Shown in pieces: positions 48,074-57,016 of a DNA stretch of 64,000 nucleotides. Made by a program: the position numbers and the translations under genes. The DNA is from a virus (Duplodnaviria; Caudoviricetes). The stretch lies in IMG/VR virus record IMGVR_UViG_3300032227_000993. The stretch is one strand, 5' to 3'. Every line of letters starts with the position of its first letter. Position 1 is the first letter of the stretch. The notes under the pieces are model-generated. The model did no database searches. It was not told the DNA's origin and was given only the letters and a program-made list of their open reading frames with translations.

Positions 48074-49341
48074 ACGAATTTCCTATTAAAACAAAAACAG
48101 GATGCATTCTTAAGTGGTCCTGGAGCACAATATTTTTAAAACAAGGCGAAACAAATAGTTGTCATCGTTGTGCGTTATTGCCTATTGATCCTGATAACTT
48201 TGCTAACTTTCACAATCTTCCTGGGAAAGTAGAAGCCCGTGAAACAATGTTACGTGGAGAATGGCCTCAGGCAGGTTGCCAGAGTTGCCAGCGCATTGAA
48301 GAGGCCGGCGGAAAAAGTTATCGTATGAATCAATTTGATACTGGTAGAAACAATGGAGTAATTCCTATTGAATTGTTTGATGATCCTACTGCCACCGAAG
48401 TAGTTCCTACTATTTTAGAAATTTATTTTAATAATGTATGCAATATGGCTTGTGTGTACTGCGATGAAAGATTAAGCAGCAAGTGGGAAGAAGAAAATCG
48501 CAAATTTGGATCATACAGCATTGGCAACACACCGTTGATCAATAAATATGTAAATACTCCGCATTATGATCAAATGTTATCAGAATTCTGGAGATACTTG
48601 GAAAATTATGGACATCGTTTACGAGTATTTCAGATACTTGGAGGCGAGCCGTTCTTCCAAAAAGAGTTTGATGATGCCTTAGATTTTTGGGAAGCTCACC
48701 CTAATCCGCAGTTATCTATTGTTATTGTTACTAACTTAAAAGTTCCACCCAAAAAGTTCAAAGCCTATCTTGAAAGATTTAAACGTATGATTGCCGCCGG
48801 CGCCTGCAGAGAGTTTCACATCGCAGCCAGCCTTGATGCCTGGGGACCAGCAGAAGAATATGTTCGCCAAGGTTTAGATTTAGAGGAGTGGAGAGAAAAT
48901 TTTGAATATGCGATTACGCAACCACTGATAAAACTTGGAATAAACGCTACAATTTCATCACTCACTATCAAAGGATTTGCTGAATTATTATGTAATATTA
49001 GCAAGTGGAACAAAATTAGACAGGAATACACGTCCAATATTCAGATGAAAAATATTAAATTAAGTTTCCAAAATTTAACACACCCAACAGTCATGCGTGG
49101 GTCATGGTTTGGCCCCGGAGTGTTTGATGATGATTTTGCTGCGGCGTTGGCGGCCATGCCTGAAGGTGATCCTGAATACGATCATGCCAAAGAATACTTG
49201 TTGGGTATTAGTAAAGAGTGGTCCAACGGTGCTAAAAATGTTGAACGTATCAATGAATTAAAGGTGTATTTAACAGAATTAGATAGACGTAGAAATACCA
49301 ACTGGAAAGAAACATTCCCGTGGTTAAACAAAGAATGGTAA
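48064..49341 (+). CDS. Radical SAM enzyme 6
   Basis: CNMACVYC and LGGEP; N-terminal CILKW...SCHRC...CQSC. Confidence 0.9.
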   Translation: MFVNEFPIKTKTGCILKWSWSTIFLKQGETNSCHRCALLPIDPDNFANFHNLPGKVEARETMLRGEWPQAGCQSCQRIEEAGGKSYRMNQFDTGRNNGVIPIELFDDPTATEVVPTILEIYFNNVCNMACVYCDERLSSKWEEENRKFGSYSIGNTPLINKYVNTPHYDQMLSEFWRYLENYGHRLRVFQILGGEPFFQKEFDDALDFWEAHPNPQLSIVIVTNLKVPPKKFKAYLERFKRMIAAGACREFHIAASLDAWGPAEEYVRQGLDLEEWRENFEYAITQPLIKLGINATISSLTIKGFAELLCNISKWNKIRQEYTSNIQMKNIKLSFQNLTHPTVMRGSWFGPGVFDDDFAAALAAMPEGDPEYDHAKEYLLGISKEWSNGAKNVERINELKVYLTELDRRRNTNWKETFPWLNKEW

Positions 49342-49342
49342 G

Positions 49343-50608
49343 ATGAAAAAAATATTTCCTATTAAAACAGAAACAGCGTGTCTATTAAAATGGGCGTGGA
49401 GCACTATCTATTTAGGCCAAGGCAAAACCAGTTCGTGCCATCGGGTAGATCAATTTCCTATTGACCCTAATAATTTTGCTAATTTCCACAATCAGCCTGA
49501 AAAAATTGCCGCTCGCAAAACAATGCTTAAAGGAGAGTGGCCGCAGGCAGGTTGTCAGTACTGTCAAAAAATTGAAGAAGCAGGCGGCATGAGTGATAGA
49601 CAATACCAGCTTCACGAATCAAAAAATATGGATCATATTCCTCAAGAATTGTTTGATGATCCTACCGCCACCGAAGTAGTTCCTACGATTTTAGAAATTT
49701 ATTTCAACAATGTATGTAATATGGCTTGTGTTTACTGTGGAAGTCATTTTAGCAGCAAGTGGGAAGAAGAAAATAACAAATTTGGAGTTTTTCAAAAAGG
49801 AGCAGTTGAATTTGGCTGGAACAAACCACAGAATCCTGACTATGAAAAAATGCTTGCTGACTTCTGGAAGTATCTAGAAGAAAAAGATCGTTACAAAGCA
49901 ATACGCTACTATCAAATACTTGGTGGCGAGCCTTTCTTCCAAAAAGAGTTTGACACCAGCATTGAGTTCTGGGAAACCCATCCTAACCCTGATGTAGCAT
50001 TTAACATTATTACAAATTTAAAAGTACCACCCAAGAAGTTTAAAGCATACATAGACCGCTTTGGCAAGATGGTAGAAGAAGGCAAACTGTCACGCTTACA
50101 AATCACAGGAAGTTTAGACGCTTGGGGCCCACAAGAAGAATATGTACGCTGGGGACTAGACTTGAAAGAGTGGGAAGAAAATTTTACTTACTTGTTAGAT
50201 AAACCTTGGATTGTTATGGTAGTTAACATGGCTATTACTGGATTAACTATCAAGACTTTACCTGAGCTTATTGAAAAAATCAAAGAATGGAATTTGCGCA
50301 GGCCCGATGGCAATAAAATTTATCTATCGTTTATGACTGCAACTAATCCACTTGAACTAGTACCGGACATTTTTGGAAAGGGCGTGTTTGATGAAGATTT
50401 TAAACGCTTGATGGATGTGTGGCCTACAGATACGCCTGATGATTTAAGTGCTAAAGAACACATGGCAGGCATTATTAAACAAATTGAAAATGCTCCGCAG
50501 AAACCACTACAAATTGAAAATTTAAAAACTTATCTAACAGAATTAGACCGTCGCCGTGGCACACATTGGCCTACGTTATTTCCTTGGCTAGATAAAAACT
50601 GGATCTAG
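49343..50608 (+). CDS. Radical SAM enzyme 7 (close tandem paralogue of enzyme 6)
   Basis: CNMACVYC and LGGEP; shares long identical stretches with 48064 (ELFDDPTATEVVPTILEIYFNNVCNMACVYC, QILGGEPFFQKEFD). Confidence 0.9.
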   Translation: MKKIFPIKTETACLLKWAWSTIYLGQGKTSSCHRVDQFPIDPNNFANFHNQPEKIAARKTMLKGEWPQAGCQYCQKIEEAGGMSDRQYQLHESKNMDHIPQELFDDPTATEVVPTILEIYFNNVCNMACVYCGSHFSSKWEEENNKFGVFQKGAVEFGWNKPQNPDYEKMLADFWKYLEEKDRYKAIRYYQILGGEPFFQKEFDTSIEFWETHPNPDVAFNIITNLKVPPKKFKAYIDRFGKMVEEGKLSRLQITGSLDAWGPQEEYVRWGLDLKEWEENFTYLLDKPWIVMVVNMAITGLTIKTLPELIEKIKEWNLRRPDGNKIYLSFMTATNPLELVPDIFGKGVFDEDFKRLMDVWPTDTPDDLSAKEHMAGIIKQIENAPQKPLQIENLKTYLTELDRRRGTHWPTLFPWLDKNWI

Positions 50609-51712
50609 TGCGGGATCCATAGATTCTAACATTTCTGTCAGTTCAGTCCACAATATTTTTTCAAATCCACCACCGTAAAAGTGATTGTAGTTGTGTTCAA
50701 TAACTGTTCTAGCAGCATCAAACAATTCTTGTTTACCGTGCGCTGGCAATTCATCTAAGCTACGCAATAGACTAGCAATGCGTTCTACTCTAAGCACATC
50801 GTCGGTTTCATCGTCATAACTTTCGTCCCATAAGTGACTAAAAGTTTTAAATCCATAAGATCGTAAATGTTTTAAACTGCCAGCAGTTCCTATGATAATA
50901 AAAGGCATACGCAAACAAATAGGCTTGAAGGATTTTTCTGTTAAATGTAATTTGCGTCCGTGTGCCACAGTTTCGGCCACAAGATACAGTAAGCTATCAG
51001 CAGACTCGTCAAATAAACTTAGCCAACAACTGTGCATGGGAGCATCAGTTTCGCCAGGAAAATTAATAGGAAATTGTTGTTGAGCAAATACTTCACCAAT
51101 GTCAGGATAAATGTCATCAAACTGTTTAATAATATCGTGAACGCTGTGATTTTCACCTGGGCATACATCAGGGCAACTGATCCAGTTATTGGTTATTTTA
51201 TTTTTAAAAATATGATACAGCATTAATAATCGATGCCTGCGTGTTCCGCCAAGAATACGATTAGGCATAATAAATGTTTTTGTAATGGTACGCTGTTGCG
51301 GAGGAGTCATTAAAAATGTCTTATCGTATCCGCGATACCAATCTAATGCGGCCCATCCCCAGAAAAAATAATAATAACTTTTCCAACCATAGCGTCTACA
51401 TACTTCATCTACACTATCGCTGTCTTTTTCGCTGGTAACAATAGATCCTTGAACAGTAGGATCTCTGTAGGTAATATCTGAAATGTAAACTTTAGCTTCA
51501 TCAAATGTATCAGCGTGTATTGCCAAATCGATTGGTTGAACATCAAAAAATAGTGTATAATTATTTTCAAGGATGTCAGATCTGCCATAATTAATTAAAC
51601 TACCTGGATCACTTGCCCCAAAAGGAGCACACATTAACATTCTCGTTCCAATTCTGTTTTTTCGCAGCCAGGCCCAAAATGTGTTGTTGTAAATTTCGTC
51701 AATTCTAATCAT
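50588..51712 (-). CDS. Putative GT-B / GT10-like protein, paralogue of 39256
   Basis: LYLVAET...LTEKSFKPICLRMPFIIIG...LRSYGFKTF...E.YD matches the 39256 protein. Confidence 0.45.
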   Translation of the reverse strand: MIRIDEIYNNTFWAWLRKNRIGTRMLMCAPFGASDPGSLINYGRSDILENNYTLFFDVQPIDLAIHADTFDEAKVYISDITYRDPTVQGSIVTSEKDSDSVDEVCRRYGWKSYYYFFWGWAALDWYRGYDKTFLMTPPQQRTITKTFIMPNRILGGTRRHRLLMLYHIFKNKITNNWISCPDVCPGENHSVHDIIKQFDDIYPDIGEVFAQQQFPINFPGETDAPMHSCWLSLFDESADSLLYLVAETVAHGRKLHLTEKSFKPICLRMPFIIIGTAGSLKHLRSYGFKTFSHLWDESYDDETDDVLRVERIASLLRSLDELPAHGKQELFDAARTVIEHNYNHFYGGGFEKILWTELTEMLESMDPALDPVFI

Positions 51713-53900
51713 GTTCGATGTATTTTATTCTGGAATGAAACCTAACTTGTTTGCTCATGAGCAGGCAGTAGATTCTATTGAGCAAGCACAGGCGTTGAGT
51801 AAAACAAGATATTTCTGGTGGGTAAATTACTTATCTGACTACACGGACTTTGATTTTTCTTTTGAACCAGTGCCTTGGGAAGCACAATACACACATACTT
51901 GGCCTAGTCAGCATCACGAATATTCAGGAACATATCTTGTTCCTAAACAAGGTAACATAGAATACAAGTTTCATACAGAACTTATTCTCAATAAAGAATT
52001 ACATAAGAATTACAAGGTCTTGGTTGATGCTGTAGACTTTGATTACACATGGCATCCACATCCATTTGATCCACCATTCATTTATGTATTTGGTAATCAG
52101 TGGTATCCTTCTAACACAATGCCTACTGTAGAATATCATGTGCCTGGTGCTGTTGATCGCAAGTTTATGACCCAGCCCGTGGCTCAACTTAGAGAACAAA
52201 CTACCAATCACTGGCATACACTACTAGACTGTGAAATGGATTACAGTTGGTGTCCAGATCCAGGCGACCCTCCCTACATTTATGTTTTTGGCAATCAGTG
52301 GCATCGTGCTGAAGTAATGCCTACTGTAGAATATCATGTCAACGGTGCTACCGAACGCAAGTATGTTCTTTATCCCAGAGCTAAATTAGTAGCTGACAAA
52401 ACACTATGGAAAGTCCCTGCTGGCATAGATCAATCTGAAATTGATTTTTCCTGGGTACCTGATCCCGGCAGTCCTCCTTACATTTATCAGTTTGCCACAC
52501 AACATCAGCGCACCGGCGGCCCGCAATATTGTATGCCAGGTGCCACAGATACAAAGTACATAGATCAAATAAAAGTACGAACCGATCGTGTAGCCACAGC
52601 CCTGTATGAAATAGATCACATGGACGGTAATAGTGGACAAATTCCTAACACTACCAAGCGAGTTCGTTATTTTGACAATTACTTAGACACATTAAAGCGC
52701 ATAGCAAATAGCATTTCTGATGATCACGAATTTATTTGGATTTGTAGCAGCGTATGCGACTACACAGCCTTTGACTTTACATGGCATCCCGAACAATGGC
52801 AAGCAACTATGCTACACGTATTTCCAAGCAACGAAGAAAAATTTGGTGATACATTTTTTATGCACGTACCCACATTTAAATACCGTACAGAAAAATGTCA
52901 ACTGCTTGAATGGTACGACTTAAACTTTACTGACATAACTGTACCACGTAGACCTTTGCCGGTGGTTACACACGATTACGACTCACACGTAGACGCTATC
53001 AAGACTTTAAATTTTGATGGACCGCTGGCTGTATTTTCTACTGGTGTAGAATGTAACACTATGCCTACTGTTCCGCTATGGCGCGAGAAAACTAAAACTG
53101 TAGTGCCCCTAAGCTCTGGAGCTAGTAATGTTATCGTACCCAAGTCAGCCATTCATTACATTAAAACACAGGCATATGACTATCCGTACATAGATAAAAC
53201 GCATAAACAAGGCATTGACCAACCACTAGACATTGTGTTTATCGATAACGGCGAGATTACAGCTGATTACAACTACGATAAACTAAAACTAACCGCCCCC
53301 AACCAATTACACCGCAGTTCGGGCGTTAACGGACGTATAGCCGCTTATTGTGCAGCCGCCAAGTTAAGTACTACTCCATGGTTCTTTGCTGTATTTGCGA
53401 AGTTAGAAGTTAATCCTGACTTTAATTGGTCATGGCAACCTGATAGACTACAAGAACCTAAACATTACATCTTCCATGCGCATAATTTAGTCAACGGATT
53501 AGAATACGGACATCAGGCCATGATTGCCTACAATAAAAAGTTAGTGTTAGAGAACACCGCACCAGGATTAGATTTCACACTAGATCAAGCACACGAAGTA
53601 GTTCCGTTATTATCAGGAACAGCTAATTATCATACAGATGCTTGGACTTGTTGGCGTACAGCCTTCCGTGAGTGTATTAAACTTAAAGCAAGTTTACCCA
53701 ATGTGGAAAACGAATGGCGTCTGTCGCAGTGGTTGACGGTTGATCGCACCACAGACAAGTGGAGTCAAAAAGGCGCAGAGGATGCAATTGAGTACTATGA
53801 ATCTGTCGCAGGTGAGTTTAGTGAGCTTAAGAAAAGTTACGATTGGCAGTGGTTATCAACTTACGCTTTTATGAAGCGGAATCTGTTACCGAATCAATAA
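51711..53900 (+). CDS. Multi-module protein of degenerate GT2-like domains (729 aa)
   Basis: C-terminal domain parallels 36973 (GVNG..AY.AAA..S.T.WF, CWRTAFRECIKL) but lacks DxD; internal repeats D[FY]SW.P.P..PP[FY]IY.F. Confidence 0.5.
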   Translation: MFDVFYSGMKPNLFAHEQAVDSIEQAQALSKTRYFWWVNYLSDYTDFDFSFEPVPWEAQYTHTWPSQHHEYSGTYLVPKQGNIEYKFHTELILNKELHKNYKVLVDAVDFDYTWHPHPFDPPFIYVFGNQWYPSNTMPTVEYHVPGAVDRKFMTQPVAQLREQTTNHWHTLLDCEMDYSWCPDPGDPPYIYVFGNQWHRAEVMPTVEYHVNGATERKYVLYPRAKLVADKTLWKVPAGIDQSEIDFSWVPDPGSPPYIYQFATQHQRTGGPQYCMPGATDTKYIDQIKVRTDRVATALYEIDHMDGNSGQIPNTTKRVRYFDNYLDTLKRIANSISDDHEFIWICSSVCDYTAFDFTWHPEQWQATMLHVFPSNEEKFGDTFFMHVPTFKYRTEKCQLLEWYDLNFTDITVPRRPLPVVTHDYDSHVDAIKTLNFDGPLAVFSTGVECNTMPTVPLWREKTKTVVPLSSGASNVIVPKSAIHYIKTQAYDYPYIDKTHKQGIDQPLDIVFIDNGEITADYNYDKLKLTAPNQLHRSSGVNGRIAAYCAAAKLSTTPWFFAVFAKLEVNPDFNWSWQPDRLQEPKHYIFHAHNLVNGLEYGHQAMIAYNKKLVLENTAPGLDFTLDQAHEVVPLLSGTANYHTDAWTCWRTAFRECIKLKASLPNVENEWRLSQWLTVDRTTDKWSQKGAEDAIEYYESVAGEFSELKKSYDWQWLSTYAFMKRNLLPNQ
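52118..52339 (+). repeat. 66-aa tandem module repeat with a 24-bp exact copy
   Basis: AATGCCTACTGTAGAATATCATGT at 52118 and 52316 (period 198 nt); a third, more diverged unit follows. Confidence 0.85.
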
Positions 53901-54945
53901 TGTATTCAACTTCCAAGTCCGACAATTCTGGATAAATTGGAAGAGATAACACACGTCGGCTTAGCGCACTAGCAATACTGAGAATATCAGGCCCATCCAA
54001 CTGTTCATATGCTGGTAACTCGTGTAGAGGATGCGCATAATGTATCCTAGTTTCAACATTGTGTAGTTCAAGATTACGTTTGACAATATCTCTATGATCC
54101 AAGTCAATGACAAACTTATGAAAGCTATGATGTTGAAAGTTGTTATCGTCTATCAATGTTCTGATGCCTGATCCCTTAAGGCGGTCTATCCAGTATTTAG
54201 AAATAGTACCACGTCTGTCTTGCCACATATCAATGTATTTTGTTTTAACTAGCATTTGCGCACAATCTACTTCACTCATACGACTATTAGTTCCCAAGGC
54301 ATAATGACTTGGCTTGCCGTTGTTACGCCACTCACGAGCAAAATTAAGCAAGTCCATGTCGTTGGTTACTACAGCACCACCATTGCCATAGTTGGACAAG
54401 TTTTTCATAGGGTCGAAACTGATGGCCGCGGCATTGCCCAGGCGAAACCCTTCATTACTTAACCAATGCTGTGCTGCGTCCTCAATTACAATACCTGTAG
54501 AATAAAATAATTGATGTTTAAGAGCCACTCCATACAGGCCAACTGCTACTGTGGCCTGGACACTTAGATCTTGTGGAACTTTTTTAAGATTAATAACACC
54601 ATACGGGTCGGTATCTACTAGGGTTACGTCCCAACCAGCTCGCATAAATGCGTTGGCGGTAGCGGCATAGGTTAATGTGGGGATTAATACTCTAGGAGGC
54701 ATTGGCATACCTACCTGTTGAACATAGTAAGCGGCAATAATTTCTAATGCGTGTGTTCCACTATGACAGGTAATGGCATATTTACAACCATTGCGTTTGG
54801 CCAACCAGTTTTCAAACTCTGCGGTGTAGTTGCCGTCCATCAACAGGCCGCTACGATAAACCTCATCGGTTACGTCAAGGATTTCTGACCTTAAATTGTT
54901 ATATTGCTTTTTTAATCCGGTAAACGGAATCTTTAAGCCAGTCAT
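53869..54945 (-). CDS. DegT/DnrJ/EryC1/StrS family PLP-dependent sugar aminotransferase
   Basis: SGTHALE, P.LTYAATANA, IEDAAQ, SFDPMKNL..YGNGGAVVT (PLP lysine), GTNSRMSE, LSLPIYPEL. Confidence 0.92.
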   Translation of the reverse strand: MTGLKIPFTGLKKQYNNLRSEILDVTDEVYRSGLLMDGNYTAEFENWLAKRNGCKYAITCHSGTHALEIIAAYYVQQVGMPMPPRVLIPTLTYAATANAFMRAGWDVTLVDTDPYGVINLKKVPQDLSVQATVAVGLYGVALKHQLFYSTGIVIEDAAQHWLSNEGFRLGNAAAISFDPMKNLSNYGNGGAVVTNDMDLLNFAREWRNNGKPSHYALGTNSRMSEVDCAQMLVKTKYIDMWQDRRGTISKYWIDRLKGSGIRTLIDDNNFQHHSFHKFVIDLDHRDIVKRNLELHNVETRIHYAHPLHELPAYEQLDGPDILSIASALSRRVLSLPIYPELSDLEVEYIIDSVTDSAS

Positions 54946-55873
54946 AATATTCTTGAAATCCTTCTTCTATGTTTACTTCTGGGTAATAACCAAAATCGTT
55001 TTTTGCTCTAAGTATATTTAACTGACCACGCTGAGGGAAGCTATTATCTCGCGGTTTTACTAGAATAGTGCCGCGGCCTACAATATCAACAGCAAGTTTT
55101 GCGGCATCTAGTAGTGTTCTAGATTGTCCACGGGTAATATTGTATGTGGCATTCTTGGTATCTTCGCTGACAGCAGACAATGCAATGCCCATTGCGGCAT
55201 CGTCAACGTAGGTAAAGTCTAAAGCATCGTCAATACCGTTGACTAAAATATCTTTATCGCGCATGGCCGCTAATAAGAACTTACTGACTACACGATCCTC
55301 TACATCATAAGGACCATACACAGCACTAGGACGAATAATAGTGTAATCTATATTGTGCCTGCGAGCATAATCCTGTACCAACCACTCGCCGGCCAACTTC
55401 ATAATGCCATATTGACCTATGGGCCGACAATCGCTGCCTTCGTCGATGCCGTCAAAGAATTCGTGTTTGCCAAAGTTACCGTAAACCATACTAGAGCTGA
55501 TGTAAACAAATTTTTTAACTTGATGTTTAACACTAAGCTCGAGCAAGTTAAGTAAACCTTCACTCATGACACGACTACCCCACTGAGGATTACTGTTAAC
55601 TACTTTTTGTCTAGGAAAACTGGCCAAGTGTATTACACAGTCTACACCTTCAAAGATGCTGTCATCAAATGGATCTTCGATACTGGCAATACAAATATTG
55701 CGAGTCTTAATGCGACACATACGTTCAAGCATTAAGTAATCTATTTCTTCTTTAGGAATAACACCATATGTAGTACAGTTATCGATGATAGCAACATCGT
55801 GACGGAAACTTTCGAGTACACGAACTACGTTGTGCCCAATAAAGCCTAGTCCTCCTGTAACTAAAAATTTCAT
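54899..55873 (-). CDS. NAD-dependent nucleotide-sugar epimerase/dehydratase (extended SDR)
   Basis: TGGLGFIG Rossmann motif, HLAS, ISSSMVYG, catalytic YGIMK, RPSAVYGP, DFTYVDD. Confidence 0.92.
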   Translation of the reverse strand: MKFLVTGGLGFIGHNVVRVLESFRHDVAIIDNCTTYGVIPKEEIDYLMLERMCRIKTRNICIASIEDPFDDSIFEGVDCVIHLASFPRQKVVNSNPQWGSRVMSEGLLNLLELSVKHQVKKFVYISSSMVYGNFGKHEFFDGIDEGSDCRPIGQYGIMKLAGEWLVQDYARRHNIDYTIIRPSAVYGPYDVEDRVVSKFLLAAMRDKDILVNGIDDALDFTYVDDAAMGIALSAVSEDTKNATYNITRGQSRTLLDAAKLAVDIVGRGTILVKPRDNSFPQRGQLNILRAKNDFGYYPEVNIEEGFQEYYDWLKDSVYRIKKAI

Positions 55874-56091
55874 AATAATATTCCGTGAATGTAAATACCA
55901 GCCATAATTAAATTTAAAATGATTAAACTAGGCTCACGCCATAAAAAACTTAACAGTATCCATAGTGAAGCATTTAGTAGACCAGAAAACTTGTAATATG
56001 GCCCAATGTCATGCGCAGTTAAAACTACATGAGTTAGTGCTACAAATGTTGCCAACCATTTTATGTAAAAGTCTAAAGGTTTATGCCGCAC
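55870..56091 (-). CDS. Small membrane protein
   Basis: 73 aa with hydrophobic segments; overlapping starts and stops with both neighbours. Confidence 0.65.
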   Translation of the reverse strand: MRHKPLDFYIKWLATFVALTHVVLTAHDIGPYYKFSGLLNASLWILLSFLWREPSLIILNLIMAGIYIHGILL

Positions 56092-56326
56092 TATCCCACC
56101 GCAAAAAATATTCTGTGGCAGATTTTTCTTCTACTTCACCATAGACAATAACACGTTGCCCATAGGTGCGAGCATCGGGACGAATAATAAATTGTGGGTC
56201 TAAACAGTTAGCCTTGATCCAACGCCCTTGGTCAGTATCCATAAATTCTGCCAACGGAAATGCGGCGTAAATTTCAGGATCTTCAGGATCGCCAATGCCA
56301 AAGGTGTGAAAAATAATCTTTACCAT
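56081..56326 (-). CDS. Small protein of the FxL[KR]W family
   Basis: 81 aa ending EEKSATEYFLRWDSAA; has its own promoter just upstream. Confidence 0.65.
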   Translation of the reverse strand: MVKIIFHTFGIGDPEDPEIYAAFPLAEFMDTDQGRWIKANCLDPQFIIRPDARTYGQRVIVYGEVEEKSATEYFLRWDSAA

Positions 56327-56335
56327 ACTAGTATC

Positions 56336-56364
56336 ATTGTAGCATAATACAAATTATTTTACAA
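56336..56364 (-). promoter_or_regulatory. Sigma70-type promoter
   Basis: TTGTAA-17 nt-TACAAT with a TGn extension, 9 nt before the ATG at 56326. Confidence 0.5.
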
Positions 56365-57016
56365 TGAATTCGGTAATCATTGGAAAGATTGTGGCCAATG
56401 ATTCAGCACAGGCAATCGCAATGGCACGATGTTCTTTTTGTGTCTCCGGTCCGGATCTTAATTCAATGTAGTGTAACCAAGAACGTAGCGTACCTTGCAT
56501 GTACAATCTACTTACTGTGAGTCCTTCGGGTAATACAGCACGGGCTTGTTCTTTGGCGATGCCTTTTTCTAACGCCCAGCGATAGGATTTCTGTGCCGCG
56601 GCAATAACATAATCTTGCTGTGTTTCCCAATTTAATTGTAGCCCAGCATCATCAGTTTCTATGCTGTTTTGCCGATTCTTAACGTCTTGTAAACGTGCTT
56701 CCTTAAACTCAAATCCCAAGTCAGCTACAGCATAACGCTGACTAAATTCTTGGAATGAAAAGCTACGATGCCGTAAGATTTGTCGAGCAATGTCGCGAGT
56801 AGTTTCAATTTCTAGACAAGCACTAACCATTTCAAGCGGTGACCAATGCTGGTGCTTGATAAGATAACGTATTAGTTTTTCGCTTGTTTCTGTGTTGGTT
56901 TGGTTAGCAGGATTGCTAACACGAGCGCAGTAAGCAACTAGTTCTTGAGCATTTACAATACCCTGGTTGACTAGTTCCTTACTTGGCTCACTGCTACTTA
57001 CTAATGATACTTTCAA
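56354..57016 (-). CDS. thyX: Flavin-dependent thymidylate synthase
   Basis: HWSPLEM, ARQILRHRSFSFQEFSQRY (ThyX signature), ARAVLP, LRSWLHYIELR, QKEHR. Confidence 0.95.
   Translation of the reverse strand: MKVSLVSSSEPSKELVNQGIVNAQELVAYCARVSNPANQTNTETSEKLIRYLIKHQHWSPLEMVSACLEIETTRDIARQILRHRSFSFQEFSQRYAVADLGFEFKEARLQDVKNRQNSIETDDAGLQLNWETQQDYVIAAAQKSYRWALEKGIAKEQARAVLPEGLTVSRLYMQGTLRSWLHYIELRSGPETQKEHRAIAIACAESLATIFPMITEFIVK

Noticed and set aside
48064-52339. Diversity-generating retroelement (TR/VR pair) behind the near-identical repeats
   Set aside because: Differences between copies are at synonymous positions of all base types rather than adenine-specific, both copies are coding, and no reverse transcriptase is present.
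3351-55555. Many 60-150 aa ORFs in the track that lie antisense or out of frame inside long genes (for example 9609..9887, 33818..34171, 46641..47105)
   Set aside because: Fully nested in well-supported CDSs, no RBS or motifs; typical shadow ORFs.
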